Counted from the stretch's first letter, positions 35,821 through 46,572 are shown. The stretch: 64,000 nt of DNA from a virus (IMGVR_UViG_3300050507_000132:15197-79196); one strand, 5' to 3'. The notes: generated from the sequence alone by a model not told the origin. Program-made: numbers and translations.

Positions 35821-36002
35821 CCGTGAACGACGAACTACTGACCAAGGCTCTCCGACTTCAGGGAGACCTCGAGAGCCTGCGACAGAACATGGAAACCGGG
35901 AGCTACCGCCCCGAGACAAAGTCGGCCATGGCCCGGGACATCTGTGAATCCCAGGCCCGGGTGCAGGCCATCATTCAGGCGTGCACCCTTTCGGCCGTCT
36001 GA
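35817..36002 (+). CDS. small hypothetical protein
   Basis: ATGA overlap with whiB. Confidence 0.45.
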   Translation: MTVNDELLTKALRLQGDLESLRQNMETGSYRPETKSAMARDICESQARVQAIIQACTLSAV

Positions 36003-37075
36003 CCCTTCTGTAGATCGCTGGCCCGGCTCCATGCCTCAATCCAGCGCCACGAGTGGTCACGCAGCCGGAGTTCTGCGGCCACGGTTCTTCCGGCCTCCGC
36101 GCGTTCGGCTCGGAGGCCGGGAGACGACACGAGACGTTCCAGGGCCCTGTGCCACCGGCGCGGCGTGTCGGCCAGCTCTCCGCAGCCCCGGCGGTGCAGA
36201 CGCTCGTACTCCACACGGGGCGAGGCGACCCACGGCACCCCCAGTGCGGACATCTCCAAGGGCTTGAGCCACGACTTGCACGCGTTGAAGCGGGTGTCCG
36301 CGAGGGGCGCGATACCCACACCCAGCTCCGCTACGGCCGTCGGCCATTCGTCGATCTCCACTGGACGGAGAAGTCCTGGAGGGTCCTGAGGGAGCCCGAA
36401 AGCGTCTCCGACACCCGTCGGGTCACTCGTCACCCGAAAGGCCGTCCCTGCGGCGCACAGCCTCGCGACGGCCCCGCCTACGGCCGACGGGTCGTCCGGG
36501 TGGGAGTGCAAAGACGCGGGCCAGCCCACAACGGCGGAGTCTTCGTGGGGAACGCCGTAGTAGTGATCCGGCAGGTAGTTGAACAGCACGTGCCCCCGTC
36601 CGTGCGCGGCGTACCGCTGGAGAAGGGCGGGAGTCGAGACGGTGACCAGGGTTGCATCCCGGCAGGCCTGCTGGAGGTTGGCCCACGAATGCCGGTTGGG
36701 CTCCCGCGTCTTGGGGTCCAGGGCTCCGTCACTGCGGGGGTGATAGGCCTCATACGCGGGGTTGCGTGGGTGGATGGACCCCAAGTCGTCGTCCACGTCG
36801 ATCACGACGGCCGCGCCCTTGGACCGGATGATGGGCACGGCCTGAGCCATCCACCGGTGCGTGAGCCGCTGAAACACGTAGACCGCCCCGGGCTCGATAT
36901 CGAGAACGTCGACCACCCGTTCCCCGTCGATCTGCATTTTTATGTCCCGGTCCTGCGGCGGACGCATCGTGATCTCCACGCCCGGCGCGCCGGACTTCAG
37001 CAGCTCATGCACTTGCCAGATAAGCCGGAAGTGACCGCACCCGGCCGTGTCCGCCGGGTACACCTTGATCTTCAA
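35975..37075 (-). CDS. GT-B type glycosyltransferase
   Basis: GCGHFRL, VIDVDDDL, LVTVSTPAL, GIAPLADTRFNACKSWLKPLEMSALGVPWVASP. Confidence 0.85.
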   Translation of the reverse strand: MKIKVYPADTAGCGHFRLIWQVHELLKSGAPGVEITMRPPQDRDIKMQIDGERVVDVLDIEPGAVYVFQRLTHRWMAQAVPIIRSKGAAVVIDVDDDLGSIHPRNPAYEAYHPRSDGALDPKTREPNRHSWANLQQACRDATLVTVSTPALLQRYAAHGRGHVLFNYLPDHYYGVPHEDSAVVGWPASLHSHPDDPSAVGGAVARLCAAGTAFRVTSDPTGVGDAFGLPQDPPGLLRPVEIDEWPTAVAELGVGIAPLADTRFNACKSWLKPLEMSALGVPWVASPRVEYERLHRRGCGELADTPRRWHRALERLVSSPGLRAERAEAGRTVAAELRLRDHSWRWIEAWSRASDLQKGQTAERVHA

Positions 37076-37112
37076 TTGTCCGTTCTCCTTGAGCGTTGTT
37101 CGGCCGCCGTGC

Positions 37113-37343
37113 TCAGCGTCCCTGAGTCCGGGTTTCCGCTGTACCGGCGGTGCCCTTTGCTTCGGCCGTACCGGCGTGAGCTTTGACGGCCGCCGTCTTG
37201 CGGGTCGCGGGAGTGCTCTTCGGTGCGGAGGACTCCAGCGCGCTCACCCGCGCCTCAAGCGCCTTGATGCGCTCCTCGTACTCGCCGGTGAGCGCGGACA
37301 CCGCGTTCTCCACCAGGTCCCGTATCTGTGCGGACGCACTCAT
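37113..37343 (-). CDS. hypothetical coiled-coil protein
   Basis: RBS GAGGA after the endolysin gene. Confidence 0.55.
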   Translation of the reverse strand: MSASAQIRDLVENAVSALTGEYEERIKALEARVSALESSAPKSTPATRKTAAVKAHAGTAEAKGTAGTAETRTQGR

Positions 37344-37346
37344 TCC

Positions 37347-38186
37347 TCAGCCCTCCATCAGCTTGAAGCGCAGTGCCGTCAGCTTGTCGGCCACGGCTTG
37401 TGAGACCTGAGTCAGGTCGAGTGTGTCCAGCGCCTGCCGGACGGCGGAGAGCATCTCCCCGTTGGCCTTGGCCTGGGCGGTGACGACTGCGAGGCGCTCC
37501 AGAAGGTCCGCCTGACGCTTGTCGTCCCACCGCAGGAAGGTTCCGGCGCTGCGGTACGGGTCGACCCCCTGCGGGGCCGTGGGCGACGCCAGCTTGAAGT
37601 TCCACACGGCGGAGGCAGCCGCGTCGGCCACCTTCTGGATCTCTTCTGCGGTCAGGGGCACGTCGTCCTCCTCGGGGACGTCTCCCGCGATCAGACGCGG
37701 AATGATGATCTTGTTGAACTGCTCGACCCGCGCGTCTCCGGGGCATTCCGTGCCGCCGGTCGACCATTCGGGGTACAGGCGGTGGTAGCCGAAGCCGGGG
37801 TCGGTCCAGCTACGGCACTTGCGCCGGGGAATGCCGTGGTGAGTCGCAGCCCAGTCGGCGAGCCGAACCAGGGAGTTGATCTGAGCGTCGGTCCAGGGGT
37901 CGGTGTGCTTGAGGTTGGACGCCGTCTCGACGCTGATGGCCCGGTTGTTGGCCTGGTAGTTGGCGTCGGCCCGGGTGTCGGTTCCGATGAACTGACCGAT
38001 CCGGCCGCTGTACTCGACGCCGAAGTGACTCTCCAGATTCGTACTGTCCCGCCAGTACTCGTAGATCCTTTCGATGGTCCACGGCGCGGCGATGCTGTGG
38101 AATATGAACTGCGTGGGAGTGATGGCAGCCTGCGAGTCGGACTCCGGCTGAAGTTCCATCTTCACCGCAAAGGGGCACCAGCTCAT
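37347..38186 (-). CDS. endolysin, N-acetylmuramoyl-L-alanine amidase
   Basis: IFHS...SHF...ISVET...GYHR...ECPG amidase_2 pattern. Confidence 0.88.
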   Translation of the reverse strand: MSWCPFAVKMELQPESDSQAAITPTQFIFHSIAAPWTIERIYEYWRDSTNLESHFGVEYSGRIGQFIGTDTRADANYQANNRAISVETASNLKHTDPWTDAQINSLVRLADWAATHHGIPRRKCRSWTDPGFGYHRLYPEWSTGGTECPGDARVEQFNKIIIPRLIAGDVPEEDDVPLTAEEIQKVADAAASAVWNFKLASPTAPQGVDPYRSAGTFLRWDDKRQADLLERLAVVTAQAKANGEMLSAVRQALDTLDLTQVSQAVADKLTALRFKLMEG

Positions 38187-38509
38187 CCGTCATCCCTTCC
38201 GTCCGACCGCATGGTGCGGAATACGAGCCATCCCTGATACATCATCATGGCTCCGATAACCGCCGCGAAGACGCCGCGCACCGCCCGGATCCATTCCTGG
38301 TTCGCGCCGGTCACGTAGTACACGATCACGATCAGCATCAGTACGGACAGCGAGGCCGCCTTCGTGACGAGCAGGCGGCCGATCCGGCTGCGCCACCATC
38401 CCTGCCGACGGGTGAGGAAAGGCATAACCGTGTACACCGCGATGAACAGCAGGCACCCCACCAGAGCAGCCAGGCTCCCGTAAAAGTTGATCGTCTCCCC
38501 CATGGTCAC
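38183..38509 (-). CDS. membrane protein (holin-like)
   Basis: Three TM helices; adjacent to the endolysin. Confidence 0.55.
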   Translation of the reverse strand: MTMGETINFYGSLAALVGCLLFIAVYTVMPFLTRRQGWWRSRIGRLLVTKAASLSVLMLIVIVYYVTGANQEWIRAVRGVFAAVIGAMMMYQGWLVFRTMRSDGRDDG

Positions 38510-38718
38510 CCTTCCGCACCCCCCAACGCTCGATGGATGCGCCGGGCGAAGTTGTTCTCACGCAGGAGTTTCTTGTGTGCCTGCACTTCACCCATGATGA
38601 CAGGATCGGCTTTCTGAACCTTCCGCCGCTCAGCTCCCAGGCGTTCCGCAGCTTTGCGCGCCTCGCGGGTCGCGCGGCGGACATCGTCCGGGTCAATCAG
38701 CTTCCGGCGCCACTTCAC
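38506..38718 (-). CDS. lysis-cassette small protein
   Basis: Basic helix, ENNFA...I motif; overlaps neighbours. Confidence 0.5.
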   Translation of the reverse strand: MKWRRKLIDPDDVRRATREARKAAERLGAERRKVQKADPVIMGEVQAHKKLLRENNFARRIHRALGGAEG

Positions 38719-39004
38719 GGCTGCTCCCTTCGGGAAGCCCCGCAGCTTCTGGAATGGCCTCCAGTACTCGACGGGTCGTCTGTGCGGTCAGCATGAGAGC
38801 GGAGATCTGTTCGTCCTTGTGGCGGTGCAGAGCCATGGAGCCCTCGTACAGACCACGGTAAAGCGTGATCTGTTCGTCCTTCGCCGCAAGGACAGTGTCC
38901 ACCTGTTTGCGCGGGACGATGTCACCCCGCAGCAGCATCACCACCGCGAGGACGACGATGCTTCCGGCCCCCAGTGTGGGAGTGAGAAACGAGTTGTAGT
39001 CCAC
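38693..39004 (-). CDS. membrane-anchored lysis-cassette protein
   Basis: N-terminal TM helix plus coiled coil. Confidence 0.55.
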   Translation of the reverse strand: MDYNSFLTPTLGAGSIVVLAVVMLLRGDIVPRKQVDTVLAAKDEQITLYRGLYEGSMALHRHKDEQISALMLTAQTTRRVLEAIPEAAGLPEGSSREVAPEAD

Positions 39005-39031
39005 GGGCCCCCTCCCTCGCGCCCCTGGGGG

Positions 39032-39562
39032 CTAGAACGGCACAACTATGATCTTCCGGTCGACGAACGTCCCGGTACCCGATCCCACACGGTACCGGCA
39101 GGTGAACGTATTGCTTCCCGATGTCAGACCGGTCTGGAGGAACGTCCCCGTCTCGCGGGTGCCGTTGGCGGTGGCGTTGCCGATGGCGGTCGCATCCGAG
39201 GCGGCCACGGAGGACGCTCCGGTGACGTCGTAGGACATCAGGGAACTCACGGTGGCGGATGAGTTCAGGTTGGCGTTGTACAGGGACACCAGAGCCGTGG
39301 ATCCCGTCGTCACGGTGACGGCCGGACCCGTCGTGGCCAGGTCCGTGTAGGTGGCGCTGGTGGTGGTCTGACTGGTGGCGACGGTGGCTGTCTGCGGGAT
39401 GCGTTCGGCGATCTGATTGGTGGCCGTCGTCGCGAAGATGCTGCCGGGGGTGGTGGCCTTGGCCGCCGGACACTCGTTCAGGTTGTCCCGGATGAACGTG
39501 TTGAACTGTGCCGCCGTGAAGACGGATCCCGCCACGGCGGTCATGGGTGCGGTCCAGGCCAC
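39032..39562 (-). CDS. minor tail protein, paralogue B
   Basis: MAWTAPMTA...FTAAQFN.F.RDNLNE shared with the upstream gene. Confidence 0.7.
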   Translation of the reverse strand: MAWTAPMTAVAGSVFTAAQFNTFIRDNLNECPAAKATTPGSIFATTATNQIAERIPQTATVATSQTTTSATYTDLATTGPAVTVTTGSTALVSLYNANLNSSATVSSLMSYDVTGASSVAASDATAIGNATANGTRETGTFLQTGLTSGSNTFTCRYRVGSGTGTFVDRKIIVVPF

Positions 39563-39572
39563 GGCAACTCTC

Positions 39573-40112
39573 CTAGAAGGGAAGGACGATCAGCTCACGG
39601 GCCGCGAAGGTACCGGTGCCCGACCCGACGAGATACTTCATGGTGAATGTGTTGGACCCGGCGGTCAGGCCGGTGAACACGTGCGCCATGCCCATACGGA
39701 GGTTGTTGGCGCTGGCGATGCCGTCCATCTTGATCGCCCAGTTGGCACTCGCGGCCACGGAGGACGCGCCCGACACCGCGACCGAGACTTCGGCCGCGCC
39801 GTTGGTCAGGGAGTTCTGGATACGGGACGCGAAGAGCACCATGGCCAGCGTGCTGGTGGTGGCGGTGACGGTCGGACCGACTGTGGTCAGGTCCGTGTAC
39901 GACGTCGAACTGGTGGACTCCGACGTTGTCACCACCTGGTTGGACATCTGCCGGGCAGCGATGGCGTTGGCGGCCGTGGACACGAAGAACTGTGCGGCGG
40001 CCGTCGCCTTGGCGGGGGCTGTCTCGTTCAGGTTGTCCCGGACGAACTGATTGAACTGCGCCGCCGTAAACGTCGCTCCGGAGATGGCGGTCATGGGGGC
40101 GGTCCAGGCCAT
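39573..40112 (-). CDS. minor tail protein, paralogue A
   Basis: Same N-terminus and overall layout as 39032-39562. Confidence 0.7.
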   Translation of the reverse strand: MAWTAPMTAISGATFTAAQFNQFVRDNLNETAPAKATAAAQFFVSTAANAIAARQMSNQVVTTSESTSSTSYTDLTTVGPTVTATTSTLAMVLFASRIQNSLTNGAAEVSVAVSGASSVAASANWAIKMDGIASANNLRMGMAHVFTGLTAGSNTFTMKYLVGSGTGTFAARELIVLPF

Positions 40113-40523
40113 TTACACCAGCCCCTTCAGGGGTTCGTTGCTGATGCCGTGTTCGTCGTTCTCGTCCATCAGGTCTTGGAGGGACTGTCCGTGCGGCAGG
40201 CGGAACCGCACCGCCACCGGATGGTCGGCCGGGTACCAGTTGCGGTTGGCCGGGACAGGCCGGACCATCAGCACCGCGAGGATCTCCGTCCGCCTGCGAG
40301 GCCATACGATCTTCGCCTGCATGCCGCAGTGCGAGCAGTGGAAGAAGGGCTTCTCCACGTCGCGGGGACCGTTCATGCGGCTGGCCTGGTAGAGGTACTC
40401 CACGTTTCCGCAGCCCGGCCGGTCGGGCTCAAGGCCGGGTCGGGGGCAGTCCGCCACCCACTCCCCTCCGTACACGTACGCACGTGCGCGGGGGACCGCT
40501 TCGTCGGGGACCTGGAAGGTCAT
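40113..40523 (-). CDS. hypothetical protein (CP...C...CSHC)
   Basis: RBS GAGGAG; lies in the tail region. Confidence 0.55.
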   Translation of the reverse strand: MTFQVPDEAVPRARAYVYGGEWVADCPRPGLEPDRPGCGNVEYLYQASRMNGPRDVEKPFFHCSHCGMQAKIVWPRRRTEILAVLMVRPVPANRNWYPADHPVAVRFRLPHGQSLQDLMDENDEHGISNEPLKGLV

Positions 40524-40531
40524 GTCTCTCC

Positions 40532-43384
40532 TCACGTACCGAACAGGCCGGTATCGAACATGCCCTGGGTGGGGTGATCGAAGATGAACACGGTCGACGC
40601 GTTGTCCGCCACGATGGGGTCGAATACGCCCTGATCGAATCCGGCCCCCCGGACGTCGAACCTGAAGGGGTTGGCCTGGGTGTCGAGGTTCTTCTCACAC
40701 CCCAGGACCACGGAATGGACCGGCGGACGGCCGGTCATGTTCCGGCGGGTGATTGTGTGCGTCACACGTTCGACGAAGAAATCGTCGTCCAGGCCCATCT
40801 CCCCGTTGACGATGTGGATGCGGTCACTGACCGTCCGCTGGAGAACCTGTACGAAGTGCGCCGGGTCGGAGGTGACGATGCGGAGCTGTACGGTCGGACG
40901 GCGCTGCGCGTAGTGCAGCAGGATCATGTTCGCGATGGCTCCGGCATCGTTGACGTTGGCCCACGGTGCCGGATCGGGGTAGGTGCGTTCCCCGTGCGAG
41001 GCGATGGAACCGGCGTCGACCCGGGTCACCTTGACCGTGCGGAGAGCAGGCACGGCCTGCGCCCGCAGTTGAAGACCCGAGACGGTCACGGAGCCTCCGA
41101 TGGCGAGCAGGGTGATCTTCACGCTCGCGCCGGACGTCCTGTCGAGGGCGGCCGAGACGACCCCCGCACCGGACGTGATGAAGTCCGTTCCCGACACGGG
41201 AACGATTGCGTTGACGAATGGATCCGATCCACTGACATTGATGTCCAGGGACTCGCCAATGGCGAGGGTGTAGGTGTCCTGGCTCTGCCAGACGGCCGTC
41301 ACGTCCGAGTCGACGGCGCGCTCGGTCACATCGAAGCTGACGGAGTTGATGATGTCCCGCCACCCGTGGCTGTAGGTGAAGGGCTTGGTGAAGTTGAAGC
41401 CGGTCACCGCCGGGGAGACGGCACAGTCTCCAAGGGCGGATGCGGTGTAGGTCGCCTGACTGCTGATGGACTGTCCCCGCAGCAGCCGGTGATGCCGGTC
41501 GCGGAAGACGAACGTACCGTCCGGCGCCACGTAGGCGACCGAGGGGGGCCCCTCGCTTTTGACGATCTCCTGCACGGCGGACAGAGCGTCCGTCCCTTCG
41601 GCCCACCAGAATTTGACCACGGTCGCGCCGTCGTCGATGTCCCGGTTGCCGGTCCATCCGATCAGGTCGAGGATCGTATTGACGACGTCCCCGGTCCGCA
41701 GGGACTGATACACGGCCGTGGACAGCTTGACCCCCTGAAGCAGGCTCAGCCCGTCCAGGAAGGTGAAGTCCACGGTCCGGTCGCCCCGGTCGGCCTTGAT
41801 GTTGTAGTCGTCCACCCTGCCCCGGAAGAGCTGGTAGACGTTACCGCCCCAGGTGACCTGTCCTCCGGCGGGCCGGGCCGGGTCGAGAGTGCCGTAGAGG
41901 GGACCCGAGGTGTTCTCTGGGCTGTACCTGCGGGACGAGTTGTTCAGGGCGAATCCGGCCGACCCGACGGCCGCCGGGGAGAGCTGCCGGTCCTGGTCCC
42001 GGCCGTAGGTGATCGTCGTCTCGCTGATGATGTCATCGGTGACGTCGTCGCCGGGTCCGGGTACGAGAATCGCTCCTGATGGCGCCGGGTCGATCAGCAT
42101 CAGACCGTAGCCGTACATTACGTACCCGGCGCCGGGGGTACCGCCGAGAGACATCACTACGTCGCCGTACGCGGCGGACGCCGGGGCGGTAAAGGTCTGA
42201 TCGAACAGGGTCCATTGCCCGGCCGGAATCGTGACGGCATTGGCGCTCGTGGAGAGATAGGCGTGCGCGCCGTCGAACCAGTTGATATTGAGCTCGGAGG
42301 TGGTCGGTACGGCGGACGGCACATACAGCCATCCGTACGCCCGGTAGGACTGTCCGGCGACGACGGGACGCTGGTTCGACTCGATGCGCGGCGAGGCTCC
42401 GGCCGTGGAAGTGAGCTGGAGCACGGGTGTCTCGGAGGAGATGATCCCCAGCACCCGTGCCATGGACGCACTGGTGGCGGTCCAGTCACTCAGGTCGGTA
42501 CGGACGTAAGGGTTCAAGTTGAGCACCAGGCCGTTCAGCGACACCCCCTGTCCGCCCCAGTCGATTGCGAACCGGTAATCCGGTGTGCTGCCACACAGGT
42601 CCCAACTGCCGTTGCTGGCCTGGACGGTGGCGTTGTAGGCCGTTCCGGTGACGGTCGCTTGTGTCGGAGAAGCAAACGTGGACCCGGCGACGGCCGCAGG
42701 CTTGATGGCAATGGAGACCATCAGGGAGCCGTACGTCGCGGCCCGGCTCGCGGTCGTGGTGCGCTGGGTCTGGAGTCCGGCGGTCAGGGCTGCGTTGCTG
42801 TCGTACAGCGCGCAGGACAGTTCCTGAATGGAGTCCGAGTCGTCCACGCGTTCCGCGTCCGTGCCGACGGAGTTCGTGTACGTGGCGACGGGAGTGTCCG
42901 TGGAGCAGGCGCGATAGGTCAGCAGCCAGTCGTTGGCGACGGACGTGGTGATCTGTGGGTGGGCCTGCGCCTGCGTGGTCGCGGTCGTCGTGGTGAAGTC
43001 GAACCGCTCGATCGGGCCGGAGGTGTCGCATCCCGAGTAGGCGACGACGAACGCGAGGACCGATGCATCCCCCGTCGGCCAGGCACTCGTGTCGAACGGC
43101 AGGGACACACTCGATCCCAGAGAGCCGTTGTCGATCCGGTAAAGGATCTTCAGTCGGCACCGGGGGGTGTAGGGCGTGGAGATCGAGGTGCCATTGGTGA
43201 TGTACCCGAGCAGGGTCCAGCCGGATGGATCGGTGGTGACGTTGGAGTTCGCATCCGTCAGCACGAACATGATCAGCAAGTCGTTGGCGACGTGTCCGGC
43301 CGGGAGGCTCACGGACTGCGGGGAACCCGAGACGGTCACGTCCGCTTTGAGCCGGGTTCCGACGGCGCGCAGGGCGATGGCCAT
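40532..43384 (-). CDS. large minor tail protein with a carbohydrate-binding-like module
   Basis: Follows the tape measure gene; S/T-rich beta domains; ITYGRDQ tail-hub-like segment. Confidence 0.75.
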   Translation of the reverse strand: MAIALRAVGTRLKADVTVSGSPQSVSLPAGHVANDLLIMFVLTDANSNVTTDPSGWTLLGYITNGTSISTPYTPRCRLKILYRIDNGSLGSSVSLPFDTSAWPTGDASVLAFVVAYSGCDTSGPIERFDFTTTTATTQAQAHPQITTSVANDWLLTYRACSTDTPVATYTNSVGTDAERVDDSDSIQELSCALYDSNAALTAGLQTQRTTTASRAATYGSLMVSIAIKPAAVAGSTFASPTQATVTGTAYNATVQASNGSWDLCGSTPDYRFAIDWGGQGVSLNGLVLNLNPYVRTDLSDWTATSASMARVLGIISSETPVLQLTSTAGASPRIESNQRPVVAGQSYRAYGWLYVPSAVPTTSELNINWFDGAHAYLSTSANAVTIPAGQWTLFDQTFTAPASAAYGDVVMSLGGTPGAGYVMYGYGLMLIDPAPSGAILVPGPGDDVTDDIISETTITYGRDQDRQLSPAAVGSAGFALNNSSRRYSPENTSGPLYGTLDPARPAGGQVTWGGNVYQLFRGRVDDYNIKADRGDRTVDFTFLDGLSLLQGVKLSTAVYQSLRTGDVVNTILDLIGWTGNRDIDDGATVVKFWWAEGTDALSAVQEIVKSEGPPSVAYVAPDGTFVFRDRHHRLLRGQSISSQATYTASALGDCAVSPAVTGFNFTKPFTYSHGWRDIINSVSFDVTERAVDSDVTAVWQSQDTYTLAIGESLDINVSGSDPFVNAIVPVSGTDFITSGAGVVSAALDRTSGASVKITLLAIGGSVTVSGLQLRAQAVPALRTVKVTRVDAGSIASHGERTYPDPAPWANVNDAGAIANMILLHYAQRRPTVQLRIVTSDPAHFVQVLQRTVSDRIHIVNGEMGLDDDFFVERVTHTITRRNMTGRPPVHSVVLGCEKNLDTQANPFRFDVRGAGFDQGVFDPIVADNASTVFIFDHPTQGMFDTGLFGT

Positions 43385-46300
43385 CAGATGTCACGCCCCT
43401 TCCGCTTCAGCTTGGTCAGGGAATCAACCAGCCAGTTCTCCAGTTCGGCCTGCGAGCCGATCACGGAGTGGTTCTCCAGGACCAGCTTTTCGATCACCAG
43501 TCCGCCCCCCAGTCCGGCGGTGCGCCGGGCGTTGAGGATGCGCCATCCTGCCGGACTGAAGCCGAGCTCCGGTCCCGCCTCGCCGAAGAGGTGCACGCCT
43601 CCGGCGGCCGATGTGGTGCCGTTGCGGTAACCGCCCTTGCGGCCGTAGGCCGACGTGAGAGATCCGTACCGGCCGAGAGCGTAGGCCATGGAGGCGTACA
43701 CGTTGGCCAGCGGGTTCACGGACACTCCGTACAGAAACGGCCCCGTGTTGCGGTAGCGGCCCGCGTAAGAGCGGAACGTCGGACCGATCACTTGCATCAG
43801 GCCGACCGAAGGATGTCCGGCCTTCCAGTTGCTGTCCCACCGGTTGACGATGTTGGGGTTGCCGCCGGACTCCTGGTTCATCCGGCGCAGGGTGAGGTCC
43901 GTCAGGGCAGCGGGCTGGCCGAACATCCGCAGGGCCATCTGCACGACCCCTGCCCAGCGCTGTACGCCCGAGCCCGGTGTGTTCCCCAGTCCGACCGCCC
44001 CGAGCATGTCCCCGACGTTGTCCTTGACCGCCTTCAGGAGCCCGTCCACGGCTATCCGGGGGAGCCGGGTAATCATCTGTACCCAGGGACTGTTTCCGAG
44101 CGCTGAGGCCCCCTTCAGGGATCCCAGAAGCAGGCTCTTGGCCTTGCCGAAGGGGTCGGTCAGGAAGTCGGCGGCACCCTTGATCGTTCCGAGGACCGAC
44201 CCACCCGCTTTCTTCAGGGCGCCGCCGATCGTTCCGAGGATGCCGCCGTCCTCCATCAGGTGGTATCCGGCCGCCTGCCACAGTGCGTTGGCGCGGCCCC
44301 GGTACTTCGGGTCCGTCGGGATGACGAACTCCGGGTACATGGAGTTGCCCTCACCGACGATGGCCGTCGGTTTGTTGAACATGCCGACGGGCCGGTTGCC
44401 GATCGGACCTCCGGCCTCCAGCAACTTGATGTCCTTCAGGCCGTTCTTGATCCCGATCCATCCGGTGATCCTGCCCCAGATGTCCTGGATTCCCCGGTTC
44501 CAGACATGGTCGATCACCCAGTTGACGGGGCCTTTCGTCTTGTTCTGGATACCGGCCCAGATGATTCCGATGCCGTCGCGCATGTCACGGAAGAACCCCG
44601 TCACGCTGTTGCGCATGGTGCGCGCCCAGCCCGGGATGCTCTTGGTGAACAGGGTGTTGATCGGGTTGAAGACCCTGTCCCGCAGGAAGCCGTACGCGGC
44701 CATCAGGCCGTCGCGCAGCGCGTTGAACTGTCCGACAACGGCGCGCCACAGGTAGCGGGCCGCACCGGGAATCGACTGCGTGAAGATCCGGATCCACGGC
44801 GCGATGATCCATTTGTAGATGAAGTCCCAGACGGCCTTGGCTCCGGTGGCCAGTGCGTTGAACGCCGCGACCGTGCCTCTCCACAGAAGTCGCGCCGCCG
44901 CAGGCATCCACACCGTGAAGAACTGTACCCACGGGAAGATGAACACCTTGTAGATGATGTTCCACGTGGCTTTGAAGAAGTTGACGAACGGCCCCGCGAA
45001 CCACTGTCCAACGACCACGGCTGCGTCGCGCACGGCCCCCAGTGCACCCTTGACGATGTTGCGGAACGTCTCGCTTTTCTTCCACAGCAGATAGAACGCC
45101 ACACCCAGTGCGACCAGGGCGAGAATGATGAGTCCGATAGGACTGGAGATCAGAGCGAAGGACAGCAGACGGAATGCCGTCGTCGTCAGAACAACAGCGA
45201 GACGGACTGCCACCAGCGCGTACCGGAAGGCCAGCATGACGCCACGGGCGATACGCATCGCAAGACTGAAAGCGGTCGTCGCGGCTGCGGCGATGTAACT
45301 CGCGGCGGCCGTCGCAATCAGGGCGATCCGGTGAACGATCAGCACCGCGCGAGATGTATAGACCACGCCCGTCGATGTGGTGACCGACGTGGTGAACAGC
45401 CAGGTGGCTGCCGACGCGGCAGATGTGTAAATCGCGTACAGCTTCATGGCCGTGTTGACCGCGAGGATCGCCGGAACCAGCAGCCGGAGCACGGGCGTGG
45501 GAATCGCGTCGATCAGCTTGGTGAAGACCGTGACCAGGGTGAGTCCGACACCGGACATGGGTCCGGCGGCCGAAGCTATCTTGAGGAACGCGTCGGCGGC
45601 CACCTTGAGAAATTCGATCAGCTTGGGTCCGGCTTCCTGGGCGAGCTGAGTGAACGCACCGAAGCCCTTGCTGCCGGAGAGCGTCGCTCCCCAGGTGGCG
45701 AAACGGGCCGTCATCTTCTCAAGGCCGCCGGTCACGCCGACGGACATGGGGAGGAAGGCGTTCAGCACTCCGCCGACACCCACGATGACGTTGCGCAGGA
45801 TGCCCAGAAATCCTTTCAGCGCACCGCCCGAGAACTTCTGGACGTTGGCTCCGAACTGCCGGAAGACCGCACCCGCCTGTCCCTCACCAAGACTCGTGAC
45901 GAACTGATCGACCTGGTAGGCGACGTTACGGACGATCGGGGTCAGCTTGGGCAGCAGGCTGGTCAGGAACTGGATACCCCGGGTGAAGACCGGCATCGTG
46001 TTCCCGGCGAGCGAATCGGACCACTGCTGGGTCCGGGTCTTCAAAGTCTCCAGGGCCATCGCGGTCTGCCGGGTCGCCGGAGGCATGGCGGCCAGCTTCT
46101 CCTGGTACAGCGCCTGCGATTTCTGAGCTGCCCGGGTTGCCGTCTCGGACGCGTGCAACGCTCGGTTGTACTCCTCCGCCTTGGCACGGGCGTCGGCGGT
46201 CATGTCCTTGGTGATCTTTATTTCCTGGCCGTACTTGACCCCCATCTCCTTGGCGAGTCGTTGTGCATCCCGTTTGGCCAGGGTGGCTTTGGTCTCCGCC

Positions 46301-46572
46301 TCGGTAGCCGACTTGTTCTGGGTGGAGGCTTCTTTGATCGCGGAGAACTGCTGGCTGACGGCTACGCCGTACGCCGTGACGGCTGCCCCGGCGACCGAGG
46401 CAGCCGACGCAACGGACAGGATTGCGGTACTGGCTGCGGCGGCTGCCGGACCGATGGCCGTAGTGAGTGACGTTCCGGCGATGGCTCCGAAGGCCTTGAG
46501 ACTCTTGAGCGCCGGAGACGTGTCGGAGTCGATCCGGACGAAGCCCGTCGCCACCAGGATTCCGCTAGGCAT
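43384..46572 (-). CDS. tape measure protein with C-terminal lytic transglycosylase
   Basis: 1062 aa Ala-rich with W/F repeats; RRMNQESGGNP...GLMQVIGPTF. Confidence 0.93.
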   Translation of the reverse strand: MPSGILVATGFVRIDSDTSPALKSLKAFGAIAGTSLTTAIGPAAAAASTAILSVASAASVAGAAVTAYGVAVSQQFSAIKEASTQNKSATEAETKATLAKRDAQRLAKEMGVKYGQEIKITKDMTADARAKAEEYNRALHASETATRAAQKSQALYQEKLAAMPPATRQTAMALETLKTRTQQWSDSLAGNTMPVFTRGIQFLTSLLPKLTPIVRNVAYQVDQFVTSLGEGQAGAVFRQFGANVQKFSGGALKGFLGILRNVIVGVGGVLNAFLPMSVGVTGGLEKMTARFATWGATLSGSKGFGAFTQLAQEAGPKLIEFLKVAADAFLKIASAAGPMSGVGLTLVTVFTKLIDAIPTPVLRLLVPAILAVNTAMKLYAIYTSAASAATWLFTTSVTTSTGVVYTSRAVLIVHRIALIATAAASYIAAAATTAFSLAMRIARGVMLAFRYALVAVRLAVVLTTTAFRLLSFALISSPIGLIILALVALGVAFYLLWKKSETFRNIVKGALGAVRDAAVVVGQWFAGPFVNFFKATWNIIYKVFIFPWVQFFTVWMPAAARLLWRGTVAAFNALATGAKAVWDFIYKWIIAPWIRIFTQSIPGAARYLWRAVVGQFNALRDGLMAAYGFLRDRVFNPINTLFTKSIPGWARTMRNSVTGFFRDMRDGIGIIWAGIQNKTKGPVNWVIDHVWNRGIQDIWGRITGWIGIKNGLKDIKLLEAGGPIGNRPVGMFNKPTAIVGEGNSMYPEFVIPTDPKYRGRANALWQAAGYHLMEDGGILGTIGGALKKAGGSVLGTIKGAADFLTDPFGKAKSLLLGSLKGASALGNSPWVQMITRLPRIAVDGLLKAVKDNVGDMLGAVGLGNTPGSGVQRWAGVVQMALRMFGQPAALTDLTLRRMNQESGGNPNIVNRWDSNWKAGHPSVGLMQVIGPTFRSYAGRYRNTGPFLYGVSVNPLANVYASMAYALGRYGSLTSAYGRKGGYRNGTTSAAGGVHLFGEAGPELGFSPAGWRILNARRTAGLGGGLVIEKLVLENHSVIGSQAELENWLVDSLTKLKRKGRDI

